A stretch of DNA of 64,000 nt, from the NCBI GenBank assembly GCA_963662545.2, contig CAXXLL010000002.1, positions 1,312,001-1,376,000 on the forward strand, read 5' to 3'. Origin of the DNA: Gammaproteobacteria bacterium. GTDB taxonomy: Bacteria > Pseudomonadota > Gammaproteobacteria > Ga0077536. The notes below the pieces were generated by a model. It was not told the origin of the DNA and did not search any database. It worked only from the letters and a program-made list of their open reading frames with translations. This document shows, one piece after another, positions 31,620 to 41,204 of this stretch; position 1 is the stretch's first letter; every line of letters begins with the position of its first letter. The position numbers and the translations under genes were made by a program.

Positions 31620-32810
31620 ATGCAGACTATTGCGGTCTTCTGCATGTCGCAACGGGGGCACTTTCAGAGGATGAAGCCGGTGGTGGCGGGTCTGTCGAAG
31701 ATGGGCCACGCGGTCCACGTTTTCACGGATGCGGTCTTTCACGCCGAGATTGAACAGGCCCGCGCACGTTTCGTTGACCTCGGGCGTTACCCGATCGACG
31801 CGGCGGATTCAACTTCTTACCCGATGCCCTGCCGATACGTCAGCTTCGCGGCGACCTATGCCGAGCAACTCCTCGACGATCTCGATCGCCTCGCGCCGTC
31901 GGTCATCGTCTATGATTCCTACGCCGTGATCGGCTCAGTTCTCGGACGCCTAAGTGGGATACCTTACGTGTGCTTGTGTGCCGGCAACCAGCAGCCGGCC
32001 GTCGTTTCGGAGTTGCCGGCGGAAGGGCGCCCCAGGGTGATTTCACCGGAATGTCATGCGGCCGTCGCGAAACTGCGCGCGCTTGGTATCGAAGAGGCGA
32101 CGCCTTTTCTATACCTGGCCGGGAAGAGCCCTTATTTGAATCTCTATTGCGAAACGCCTGCCTTTCTGGATCCAGAGGAACGGGCGACTTACGAGCCCGT
32201 CATGTTCGTGGGTTCCGTATTGCCCGCTCCGGTTCCGGGTGTGGTACCGCAGTTCGGCGCGCAGCGCGTTTATCTGTCTTTCGGAACAGTCGTCTGGCGG
32301 TATTATAGCGCCCAGGCGTTCGCTGCGATGGAGACGCTCGCGAGCGTTTTCGAGCACCTCGAGGTGGAGGCGATCTTCAGCCTCGGCGGCACGGCCATCG
32401 GTAGCGACGCACTATCACGCCTCGTGCGTCCAAACGTTCGCGTCGAGAACTACGTCGACCAGTGGCGCGTCCTCAGCCAAACCGATGTCTTCGTGACCCA
32501 CCACGGTCTCAATTCGACGCACGAGGCGATCTATCACGGCGTGCCGATGATCTCCTACCCTTTCTTTGCTGACCAACCCAAGCGCGCCGCGCGCTGTCAG
32601 GCGCTCGGGCTCGCCGTGCCGCTGGTGACGACGCTGCGCGGATCAGTGCGGTCTGAGGATACACATGCGGCGTTGGAATGGGTTGCTTCCGGGGGGGCGG
32701 ATCTCCGGAATCGGTTCGCCGAGGCGCAGGCATGGGAAGAGGAAGTCATCGCAACGCGGGACGCCGCGTTCGCGAAAATCGTGGCGCTCGGGGAGGCCTC
32801 GCGTAAATGA
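31620..32810 (+). CDS. GT1/MGT-family (UDP) glycosyltransferase
   Basis: N-terminal GH, YLSFGT, YVDQ..VL...DVFVTHHGLNSTHEAIYHGVPM...PFFADQP signature. Confidence 0.88.
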   Translation: MQTIAVFCMSQRGHFQRMKPVVAGLSKMGHAVHVFTDAVFHAEIEQARARFVDLGRYPIDAADSTSYPMPCRYVSFAATYAEQLLDDLDRLAPSVIVYDSYAVIGSVLGRLSGIPYVCLCAGNQQPAVVSELPAEGRPRVISPECHAAVAKLRALGIEEATPFLYLAGKSPYLNLYCETPAFLDPEERATYEPVMFVGSVLPAPVPGVVPQFGAQRVYLSFGTVVWRYYSAQAFAAMETLASVFEHLEVEAIFSLGGTAIGSDALSRLVRPNVRVENYVDQWRVLSQTDVFVTHHGLNSTHEAIYHGVPMISYPFFADQPKRAARCQALGLAVPLVTTLRGSVRSEDTHAALEWVASGGADLRNRFAEAQAWEEEVIATRDAAFAKIVALGEASRK

Positions 32811-32886
32811 ATGTCCGAGTTGCCGCGCTTGTGCCGAAATGCTCAGGCATGTTCTCATCACCGGTCCCCGTGCTTAAGTACGACCA

Positions 32887-33591
32887 TTGATGAGCGGCGC
32901 GCTTATGGATCTGAACGCGTGGATCGCCCGGCTGTTCGAACACCCGGATCTGCAATACATGGGGCACAATCAGCGGATCGTGGATAAAAACCTCGGGCTT
33001 GGCTGGATTTATTACGGTCTCGCGCGGCTCCTCCACCCGGCTACCGCGGTCGTCATCGGATCGTACCGCGGTTTCGTACCCTTAATCATCGCAAAAGCAC
33101 TGCAAGACAACGGTGAGGGCGGTGAAGTCGTCTTCATCGACCCGTCACTGGTGGACGAATTCTGGCGGGACTCCGGCGCAGTACGGGAATATTTCGAATA
33201 CTTCGGTCTGGAAAGAGTCCGGCATTTTCTGATGACCACCCAGGAATTCGTGGAAACGGAGGAGTACCGTTCGCTCGATTCGGTGGGTCTGCTTTTCGTC
33301 GACGGCTATCACACCGAGGAGCAGGCGCGCTTCGATCACCAGGCGTTCGACGCGTTGCTCGCGCCGCGGGGCATCGTGCTCTTTCACGACAGCATGTTGG
33401 AATGTGAATCGAAAATTTACGGGCCCGAGCGCGTCTATCGCACGACGGTCAAGACTTACATCGACGAGCTCAAGCGGGATCCCGGTCTGCAATTGTTCGA
33501 TCTCCCGTTCGGCGCGGGATTAACGGTGCTTCGCAAGCTCGATGAGCACGCCTCGACGCCCTTGAACGAAGGCCTCAAACGGCGGCGGTGA
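32887..33591 (+). CDS. Class I SAM-dependent methyltransferase (Methyltransf_24-like)
   Basis: VVIGSYRG, LLFVDGYHT, GIVLFHDS. Confidence 0.82.
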   Translation: MMSGALMDLNAWIARLFEHPDLQYMGHNQRIVDKNLGLGWIYYGLARLLHPATAVVIGSYRGFVPLIIAKALQDNGEGGEVVFIDPSLVDEFWRDSGAVREYFEYFGLERVRHFLMTTQEFVETEEYRSLDSVGLLFVDGYHTEEQARFDHQAFDALLAPRGIVLFHDSMLECESKIYGPERVYRTTVKTYIDELKRDPGLQLFDLPFGAGLTVLRKLDEHASTPLNEGLKRRR

Positions 33592-33664
33592 GGAGATGGA
33601 AGATCGCGTGACCTCTATTCGCCGGCAAGCGGGCGAACACCGCGCTGATTTCAAATCGAGTCCA

Positions 33665-34543
33665 TTATTCGACATCGCCGTGCTGTTGGTCTTCGCGCCG
33701 TTGGGCTCGCGGCTTCCACTGGATGGTGAAGACCCGGTCGTCGCAGACGTCGATGCAGCGACCGCAGTTGGTGCAATCGCCGGACAGGATCAAGCGCGTT
33801 TCCCGACCGGTGCCGCGTAGCGCGGGCGTGATGACGTGGGGTTCCGGGCAGACGTCGAAACACTCGCCGCAATCAGTGCAGGCTTCGCGTTCCGTCGCTG
33901 CCACCCGCACGGGCGAGCTGGTACCGAGGAGGCTGTAAAAGGCACCAACGGGACACAGATGACCGCACCAGCCGCGGCGGCTGACGATCAAGTCGAACAC
34001 AAACACGGCGAGGACGATGGCCCAGCTCATACCAACGCCGAACACCAGCGCGCGTTGCACCATGGTCACCGGATTGACCAGTTCCCAGACGATGCTGCCG
34101 GTCAGGACGGAGGCTATCACCGTCATACCCAGCAACCAGAGCCTCAGCGACCGCGCCGGACGCCAGCCGGGTGGAATATGCAAGCGCTCGCGGCACCAGT
34201 AAGCGACATCGGTGATCACGTTGACCGGGCATACCCATGAGCAGTAAACACGGCCACCGATCAGCCAGTACCCGACGAAAACGATCGCCGACCCCAGCAG
34301 GGCCGTTTGCGCGACAAATCCCGACGCGGAGAAGGACTGCAAGGTGATATAAGGATCGCTCAAGGGAATGGTGTCGAACCAATGGCTCGACGCCAGATTG
34401 CCCTTGACCCACCAGATGTCGAACCAAGGCCCAAGCAGAAACAAACCGAGGATCGTGAATTGACTCACGCGGCGCACGATGAGCCAGCGGTGACGGTGCA
34501 AGAAGCTGCGCGGTCGTTGCCGCACTGGGGGGCGCGCAGACAT
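33665..34543 (-). CDS. napH: Quinol dehydrogenase membrane ferredoxin subunit NapH/MauN
   Basis: GRVYCSWVCPVN, GWCGHLCPVG, two CxxCxxCxxxC motifs. Confidence 0.9.
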   Translation of the reverse strand: MSARPPVRQRPRSFLHRHRWLIVRRVSQFTILGLFLLGPWFDIWWVKGNLASSHWFDTIPLSDPYITLQSFSASGFVAQTALLGSAIVFVGYWLIGGRVYCSWVCPVNVITDVAYWCRERLHIPPGWRPARSLRLWLLGMTVIASVLTGSIVWELVNPVTMVQRALVFGVGMSWAIVLAVFVFDLIVSRRGWCGHLCPVGAFYSLLGTSSPVRVAATEREACTDCGECFDVCPEPHVITPALRGTGRETRLILSGDCTNCGRCIDVCDDRVFTIQWKPRAQRREDQQHGDVE

Positions 34544-34562
34544 CTCGGGCTAAGCGTCCTTA

Positions 34563-35237
34563 TCAGGCGATGTCTAGACCCACGTCATGCCGGATCAGAT
34601 CGCGCGGCAGGACTTTGATAGCAGCTTCCGGCAGGATGCAATTCTTTTCACATTTGCCGCAACCCGTGCAATGTTCACGGTGCACCGTGGGCTCGAAATA
34701 GATGCGCCCGTCCTCCTGCTTAATTTCCATGGTGATGGCCTCGTCTCTGATCGGGCAGGCGAGGTAGCAGGCCTGACAGTGGCCGATGCCGGTGATGCTG
34801 AAACAGGTATCCGTGCCGGTCACGACGGCCACCCCCATATCGGCGTCGCGAATGTCGGTCAGATCTTTGCTCAAGGCGTCCGTCGGGCAGGCCGCGGTAC
34901 AGGGGATGTCTTCACACATCTCGCACGGAATATCGCGCGCGACGAAGTAGGGCGTGCCGGTGGCGAGCGGCTCACCGAAGCGCGCAAGACGGAGTGTATC
35001 GTAGGGACAAGCGCGTACGCACAAGCCGCAGCGCACACAGGCGCCCAGAAACTCCTCTTCGTCGATGGCGCCCGGCGGGCGGATGGCGGCCACTGGGTTT
35101 GCTTCAACCTGCTTGTTATAGGCACCGAGCAGGAAGCCGACCAGGCTGACGGAGCCCGCCGCCTGAATTGAACGCGTCATGAACAGGCGGCGGTCTTCCG
35201 AATACTTAGGCGTCTTTCCCGTGTCGTCGTGTGTCAC
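34563..35237 (-). CDS. napG: Ferredoxin-type protein NapG/MauM
   Basis: RRLF Tat-like leader, RPPGA..E..F...CVRCGLCVRACPY, multiple 4Fe-4S motifs; start approximate. Confidence 0.9.
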   Translation of the reverse strand: MTHDDTGKTPKYSEDRRLFMTRSIQAAGSVSLVGFLLGAYNKQVEANPVAAIRPPGAIDEEEFLGACVRCGLCVRACPYDTLRLARFGEPLATGTPYFVARDIPCEMCEDIPCTAACPTDALSKDLTDIRDADMGVAVVTGTDTCFSITGIGHCQACYLACPIRDEAITMEIKQEDGRIYFEPTVHREHCTGCGKCEKNCILPEAAIKVLPRDLIRHDVGLDIA

Positions 35238-35425
35238 GAGCTTAACCCTAGCACATCGTCCACGTACCTTCTCAATGCATGTCATCGGCCAGAAGTACCG
35301 GAAGCCGGGGCAATTTGTGCGTAGCGTAAGATGATGCTGATCGACAGGCCGATCGTGTTAATTGATTCAATTTCATGGTGACCGGATCTAAGGAGTCGAC
35401 GACGAACCGCCGGAGATTTGCGGGA

Positions 35426-35884
35426 ATGACGAGTATTGCGCTCGTGATATGCATGATTGCGGGTTCATCGTTTGCTACCGAGCAATCGCCGGAAGGGATT
35501 TTTCTGCAGAACCTGATCGGAACCTGGCGGGGACAAGCCACTCGCACGCCTGTGGGGCCGGCTCCCTACGACATCACGTTTGCGCGAATCGAAAGCGGCG
35601 CCGTAGCAGGTACCGCCGATCCTGGAGCGGCGCTGCATCACTGGAGGTTCTTCATCACGAACGGACATTTGCGGCTGCGCTTTCTCTCGACGTTTCGCGG
35701 CAACACGAATCCGACCTGGCTATATACCGAGGAGGTCTCATCCGTCGGCGCGTTTTTTCGCGGGCGGGATTTGGACCACCTCACCGTCAACATTGAATTG
35801 AATGTGAACGAACTTCGAATCGATATCTTTCTGCACGACGCGCCGCACGTGTCCATTAGTCTCGTTCCTGCCGGCGCTGGTTGA
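35426..35884 (+). CDS. Hypothetical secreted protein
   Basis: Signal-like N-terminus, L.G.W.G beta-barrel start. Confidence 0.6.
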   Translation: MTSIALVICMIAGSSFATEQSPEGIFLQNLIGTWRGQATRTPVGPAPYDITFARIESGAVAGTADPGAALHHWRFFITNGHLRLRFLSTFRGNTNPTWLYTEEVSSVGAFFRGRDLDHLTVNIELNVNELRIDIFLHDAPHVSISLVPAGAG

Positions 35885-36175
35885 GTACACCGGGGCCGCT
35901 GGGTCTCGCAGCAGTTTTGAGCGGTGCGTTAAGTAGACGTTCGTCCCACCGACACCTTTAGCCATACCCCCGCCATCAATTAGGCTAATACCCAATGACG
36001 GGGCCGCTACCTGTACTATCCGAAGATAGACCCCAGATTTCAGACGAAAGAGCCCGACTATTCCATCCAAAACCAATTAAACGCATTCGCCGCTACCTCG
36101 GTCTATCAATCCAATATCGAAGCGGGTATTTTGGTCGCTGAAGGGGGGAGGGATCAGACAAGGTCGCCAGTACCG

Positions 36176-36496
36176 ATGAATTACGTGCTAATCATCGCAT
36201 TCGCGGCCTTCGTTACGTTCGTTACCACGCCATCCGCCGTCGCGCAGGGTGCAGGCTACGAATGGAGCAATCTTAATCGTCAGGCCATCGGCCTTCATCA
36301 GGCTGGAAAATATGACCTCGCCGAAGCTTTCGCTAAGAAGGCCCTCGATTTAGCCGAGCGGAACGTAGGTCCTGGGCATAAAGATGTGGCCACAAGCCTC
36401 GAAAGTTTGGCGGCCGTGTATCGCGCTATGGAACGGCACGAAGAAGCCGAAACATTGGAGGAGCGAGCGGCTGATATCCGAGGAATACAACGATGA
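36176..36496 (+). CDS. Small secreted tetratricopeptide repeat protein
   Basis: GKYDLAEAFAKKAL...GPGHKDVATSLESLAAVYRAM (TPR_10/12-like). Confidence 0.8.
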   Translation: MNYVLIIAFAAFVTFVTTPSAVAQGAGYEWSNLNRQAIGLHQAGKYDLAEAFAKKALDLAERNVGPGHKDVATSLESLAAVYRAMERHEEAETLEERAADIRGIQR

Positions 36497-36663
36497 AGCA
36501 AACAGCCTGTTTGCCTCACTAAACTCGCCACAGTTTGCTCAGCGAATTAAAACCGTCACCATCTTACGCGGCCAAGAACCAAACCGGCAGTCCGGCTGAC
36601 ATTTGCGTTATTAGGCGTTAAAAGAAAGGCCGCCTTTCTTGAAGCGATACCGTGGCGGTGTTG

Positions 36664-37821
36664 TTAAACTGCATTACGCTTTCGGAACAAGCCCAAGCCT
36701 GCAACGGCCATTCCCAATAGGGCGAGGCTGGGGGGTAAGGGAACAACGGCGCTGGCGTCCACGATGTACAGTCCTCCGTCCAGGTCACTCAGGAGCACTC
36801 GGTCCAGCCCGAGGAACGGGTAGACGCCCCAATTGCCGTCGAGGCCGGAGACCGCACCCGGGAACGTGTCGTACTCCCCGAGATGAAGCGGGTCCATTGG
36901 GTCGGAGATGTCAAAGACCTGGAGACCGGCCTGATACCAGGATACGAACAAGAGATCGCCCACGATCACCGGGTTGTGGGGGGAAAATGCATCAATGCCG
37001 AGTTCAGTTGCGGTTAACGAGGACAGTAACGACGGTGCGCTCGGATCGGAGATGTCGAAGATCCGAACGTCGCCACCATTCAATTCTCGGGCACTGACCA
37101 GGGTGTTGCCATCCGCGGTGACCCAGTTGCTGTGTGAATTCGAGCCCGAGCTCACCGTGCCCAGCAGGTCGGCGGTTCCGTTGGCGATATCCGAGCTGTC
37201 ATAGATGTCCGTGGTTCCCCCGAATCCTGAGGTAAACAGTCGGTCGTTGACGACGGTTATGTCGTGTATGAAGTTCGGATCGGTCGTGATGATGTTACGC
37301 ACGAACAGTGGCGTCGACGGCGTGCGGACGTCGAACACCTTGACCACATTGGTTCCACTGGCCGCCTCATAGAGGAATCCGCTGTCAACGAAGAGGTTGT
37401 GCACGTTGTTATAACCACTTTCCGTCGACGTCACCGACGCGACCAGGCTCGGAGCAGCGGGCGTCGACAGGTTCACAATATGGACGCCGCCGCCGTTGTC
37501 GCTACCGAAATACCCGATGCCGTTCTCGATCTTGATGTCCTTGAACTGCCCTCCGCTGGCCGGGTTGTAATGGCTCGCGAGAAACGGCGCGCCCGGATTC
37601 GAAATGTCGATGATCCCAACGCCGGAACCCCCTGACGAGCCGATGTAGGCGTAGTCGCCGGCCCCCCAGATATCGCCATAGCGATTGTTTCCGGCGAACG
37701 GATCAAGCTGGCCGACAAGGTTGAACTGGAGCGTTGCCCCGACCGGCAGCGATAATGTCCATCCCAGCATCAATGCTAGAAACCCGAAACGGAGCATGTA
37801 ATTTATCGTGTTCTTCATCAT
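36664..37821 (-). CDS. Secreted LVIVD-repeat (choice-of-anchor B-like) protein with VPLPx/PEP-CTERM-like sorting signal
   Basis: Repeated G..I.DISNP..P units, SWYQAGLQVFD, WGVYPF; C-terminal VPLPPSLALLGMAVAGLGLFRKR. Confidence 0.85.
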   Translation of the reverse strand: MMKNTINYMLRFGFLALMLGWTLSLPVGATLQFNLVGQLDPFAGNNRYGDIWGAGDYAYIGSSGGSGVGIIDISNPGAPFLASHYNPASGGQFKDIKIENGIGYFGSDNGGGVHIVNLSTPAAPSLVASVTSTESGYNNVHNLFVDSGFLYEAASGTNVVKVFDVRTPSTPLFVRNIITTDPNFIHDITVVNDRLFTSGFGGTTDIYDSSDIANGTADLLGTVSSGSNSHSNWVTADGNTLVSARELNGGDVRIFDISDPSAPSLLSSLTATELGIDAFSPHNPVIVGDLLFVSWYQAGLQVFDISDPMDPLHLGEYDTFPGAVSGLDGNWGVYPFLGLDRVLLSDLDGGLYIVDASAVVPLPPSLALLGMAVAGLGLFRKRNAV

Positions 37822-38119
37822 CGCCTCAAACGATAAAACCGAATTGGCTCAATCGACTAGCAATGTGGATATCGGGGACGAACCACGTTTTAAGCTCTAA
37901 TGACATGTGCGTTTTTGAATACGCAAGCAAGGTAGATCGGCTCAAATGAGACTCTTCTCCAATCTACATACAATCTGGGTGAAAGTCTGGTTTGATCCCG
38001 CTTTTCGGAATTATGTGTGGGCGCGTTTTCGGCCGGAAAATCGGAAAATCGCACACAGCCCAGCCGCCATTAGCGGCAACCCGGCTGGCAAAGAAAAGAG
38101 AAAAGAGGAAAGGTGTCAA

Positions 38120-38200
38120 GAAAAGAGAAAAGGTGTCAGGTTTATTTACATCCGTTCGCTATCTACCGAAAAAAATAAACCTGACATCTTTTTTTTCGTA
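38120..38200. repeat. REP-like palindrome AAAGGTGTCAGGTTTATT...AATAAACCTGACA, copy 1
   Basis: Copy 2 is split by the IS4 element (38300-38321 plus 39662-39727) and has the same CCGTTCGCTATCTACCGAA loop. Confidence 0.85.
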
Positions 38201-38321
38201 CAGGCCAATACCGAAAGGCGTAAACCCGTCCTATCAGTGGTATTCGTTGGTGCGCGCCTCATTGCCAAGCAACTTCAAATCCGGCGCTCAACTTTATAAG
38301 AAAAGGAGAAAAGGTGTCAGG

Positions 38322-39661
38322 CTGAGGGATCCCCACAAATTCGACTAGCAAAATTCAAGTTGCACAATGGCGCGTGCCTGTAGATCCCGGAGCGCCTGTA
38401 ATAAAGTTGAGCGCTGGATTTGAAGTTGCTTGGCAATGAGGCGCGCACCAACGAACACCACTGATAGGACGGGTTTACGTCTTTCGGTATTGGCCTGTAA
38501 ACCTTTCACTAAACCTGTTTGGTAACCGACCAAGCCGACCAACCATTGGGCCAGTGTGGCCAATGCGCACAGCAAGAGTAAGTTCGCCACTCTCTCGGGA
38601 TCACGTCCCATGTTTTCTCTAAGTGCAAAGCCGTAACGGGGCGACTTCATGTCGCGGAAGCTCTCTTCAATCTGCATGCGGCGACGATACACGGCAACTA
38701 CCCGATGCGCACTACGAAGGTTGTCCGGCAGATTGCTGGCCAATAACCACGGCTCACGCGCCGCTGCCGACGGTTTCTCGGTATTGCGAGCCCGCGCCGG
38801 TTTGCCGTAAGCCGTATAGCAGACACGCCCGCGTTTCTTACCTTTGTAAACGAATAAATGGGTGTCCAGCGGATTACTTTTCGTGATCAAAAAACGACCC
38901 AGTGACTTCGGACGAGCATTGGCTTGGCCGTAGAGCACTTTGTTCGAATGCCATGCCGCCTCATCCATACCTCGCACGAGGTGACGATGACGGATGCGAC
39001 CCACGTAATACCATCCCATTGAGGCCACAAGACTCAACCAGGGCGTCCGAAATCCTGCATCACTGACCAAGATCGGACAACAGCCCGCAGGCAGAATGGC
39101 CTTCAGTCGCTTCAGAAAGCGTTTCTCCGCTTTGACACTCGCGTAATGGTGTTCGACTTCTTCATACACGGGGATGGCTCGACCACCGACCGCTAAGGCC
39201 GCCCGCAATACATAGAGCTCTTGACGTTGATCCAGATTAGACCAATCCACCAACACCACCGGATGCGCACAGTCCGATACCAATAACCGAGCTATCCATT
39301 GATACCACTGCAAACGCTCACCACCGAGCTGACGATTACCCAGCAAGCGATCGACGCGCTTAATCGCGTGTTTCTCGCTCGTGCCACTGTCTATGCTCCG
39401 ACCGATATGCGTCAGCCACAAACGTCGGCCCCGAAGTAAACCGCCGACCGCCGCCCAAACCGAGAGTCGACGACCCAAATGCACACCGTATAGCGCTTCG
39501 CTGCTCATTTCATGTAACAATTTCAATACCTGCATGGCTCACCTCGTCGTTCACAGATTGTCTTGCAACAACTGAGATCAACTCGAGCCATGCAGGTTCC
39601 ACGAACCCACAAATCAATCTATCGCTTTGTATTTCGTTGGGGTTTTATGGGGATTCCTCAG
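38322..39661 (-). mobile_element. IS4 family (IS10-like) insertion sequence
   Basis: Terminal IR CTGAGG(G/A)ATCCCCA; 9-bp target duplication GGTGTCAGG at 38313-38321 and 39662-39670. Confidence 0.95.
38345..39535 (-). CDS. IS4 family (IS10-like) transposase
   Basis: IKRVDRLLGN, LVDWS, SDAGF, EPWLLASNL, YRRRMQIEESFRDMK (YREK). Confidence 0.95.
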   Translation of the reverse strand: MQVLKLLHEMSSEALYGVHLGRRLSVWAAVGGLLRGRRLWLTHIGRSIDSGTSEKHAIKRVDRLLGNRQLGGERLQWYQWIARLLVSDCAHPVVLVDWSNLDQRQELYVLRAALAVGGRAIPVYEEVEHHYASVKAEKRFLKRLKAILPAGCCPILVSDAGFRTPWLSLVASMGWYYVGRIRHRHLVRGMDEAAWHSNKVLYGQANARPKSLGRFLITKSNPLDTHLFVYKGKKRGRVCYTAYGKPARARNTEKPSAAAREPWLLASNLPDNLRSAHRVVAVYRRRMQIEESFRDMKSPRYGFALRENMGRDPERVANLLLLCALATLAQWLVGLVGYQTGLVKGLQANTERRKPVLSVVFVGARLIAKQLQIQRSTLLQALRDLQARAIVQLEFC

Positions 39662-39775
39662 GGTGTCAGGTTTATTTAGAGCCGTTCGCTATCTACCGAA
39701 TAAATAAACCGGACACCTTTTTTCGTAGCTCGCGTGCGTGCCAACGCCAGCACGGAGGACGGCGGGGAATCGCTT

Positions 39776-41204
39776 CTAAACGGCCGTCCGCGCGATCTCG
39801 CTGACAATACGTTCGAGATGCCTTAGAGATCGGCAGGGTTCCACCCGATCGCAACACGCGCTGAGCTTCCGCATCTCGGAATCCCCCGTATTCCAGAACG
39901 ATCTGGGCTCGGGGTTCAGCCACAGGACGCGGCGCGCCCGTGCGTGAATGCGCCGCAGCGAGTGATCACCGGGGTCGCCGTAGTTGGAACGGCCGTCTCC
40001 TAGGATCAATACCGTTGTGCGGTGATCGATATCATGTAGGGTCAGGCGCTCGAGTTCAGCCAGGGCACCGCCGTAATCGGTCGATCCCTGGCCGTATTGC
40101 TTGAGCGTCTGCGCCAGCGCGACCTCGATCGACTGCGCCTCGAATAGTTCAGTGACTTCGCCAAGCTGATTCGAGAACGCAAATGCGCGTACCTTGGGGA
40201 TCACCTCGGTGATGCTGTAAAGGAACATCAGCAGGAAGCGCGCGACGGACGCGACCGATCCGGAAACGTCGCAGACGGCGATCACTTTGGGTCGATCGAC
40301 CCGGATTCGTTTCCACACCGTGTCGAACAGCAGGCCGTCGTATTCGATGTTGCGCCGAATGGTATGACGTACGTCCAGTTGTCCGCGGCGTGCGACGCGG
40401 CGCCGTCGTGAATGCAGTGCGATGAGGCGCTTTGCCAGCTTACGTACGAGCTCCTGCATGACCTTGAAATCACGCATTTCGACTCGGGCGAGAGGGGTCT
40501 TGTGGAGTATCTCTTCGCGCAGACGCGGCCAGGCATTGGCCGCGTACATCAGCATTTGTCGATCGACGATCTGGCTTACGTCTTCGACGAGACGCGCCTT
40601 GAGTAAACGTAGTCGTTCGAGTCGCTCGTCGCCGGAATCATCCGCGCGCGCGAGTTCGAACAAGCGGTCTTCGACTTGCCCGATCCCCATGTTTTCGAGC
40701 ATCCGGCGCATGTACATGCCGCGCTGCGTGAACATCCGGATGTTCTGAAGCTCGACCTTGCGCGCCGCATTGGCCATCATCTGCTGCAGGGCTGTGGCAT
40801 CATTCTGTTCGAGCACTTGCAGCAGGCCGCCGCCATTACCGCCTGCCGTAATGCCGCCGCCGTCCCGCTCTTCATCCGCGGCAAGGACAGGAGTTACATC
40901 AAAGGCCAGCGATATACCTTGCTCTCGCGTTCGGTGGACCCTTATCTTTATCGAACCGTTCAGCCCCGTGGTCGCGCCCGCCGCCGACATTTTCGAATGT
41001 GAAAAATCTATCGAAACACTGGCGGAAGCGTGTCTTGTCGTCTCGCGTTTTAGCTAATACCTGGGACAGGGCTTCTTTGAGCAGCTTGCGATCGTTGAAT
41101 CCGACGGCCTCGAAGGTTGCCGCGGCATCGATGGTTTCGGCGGTCGACACCCTCACGTCGGCCGCTCGCAGGGCGCGAATGAAATGACTGAGTACTTGGG
41201 TCAC
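39776..41204 (-). pseudogene. CoxE-like VWA domain protein, split by a frameshift near 40900-40990
   Basis: N-terminus FIRALRAADVRVSTAE..DA in ORF 40899..41204; DVSGS, DGRSNY, WLNPEP in ORF 39776..40990. Confidence 0.8.

Noticed and set aside
37946-38348. ORFs 37946..38299 and 37992..38348 as genes
   Set aside because: Translations run through the palindromic repeat and the transposase fragment
38120-39727. Calling the repeat-spacer-repeat unit a CRISPR array
   Set aside because: Only two ~80-bp repeats, a 99-bp spacer and no cas genes; reported as a REP-like structure instead
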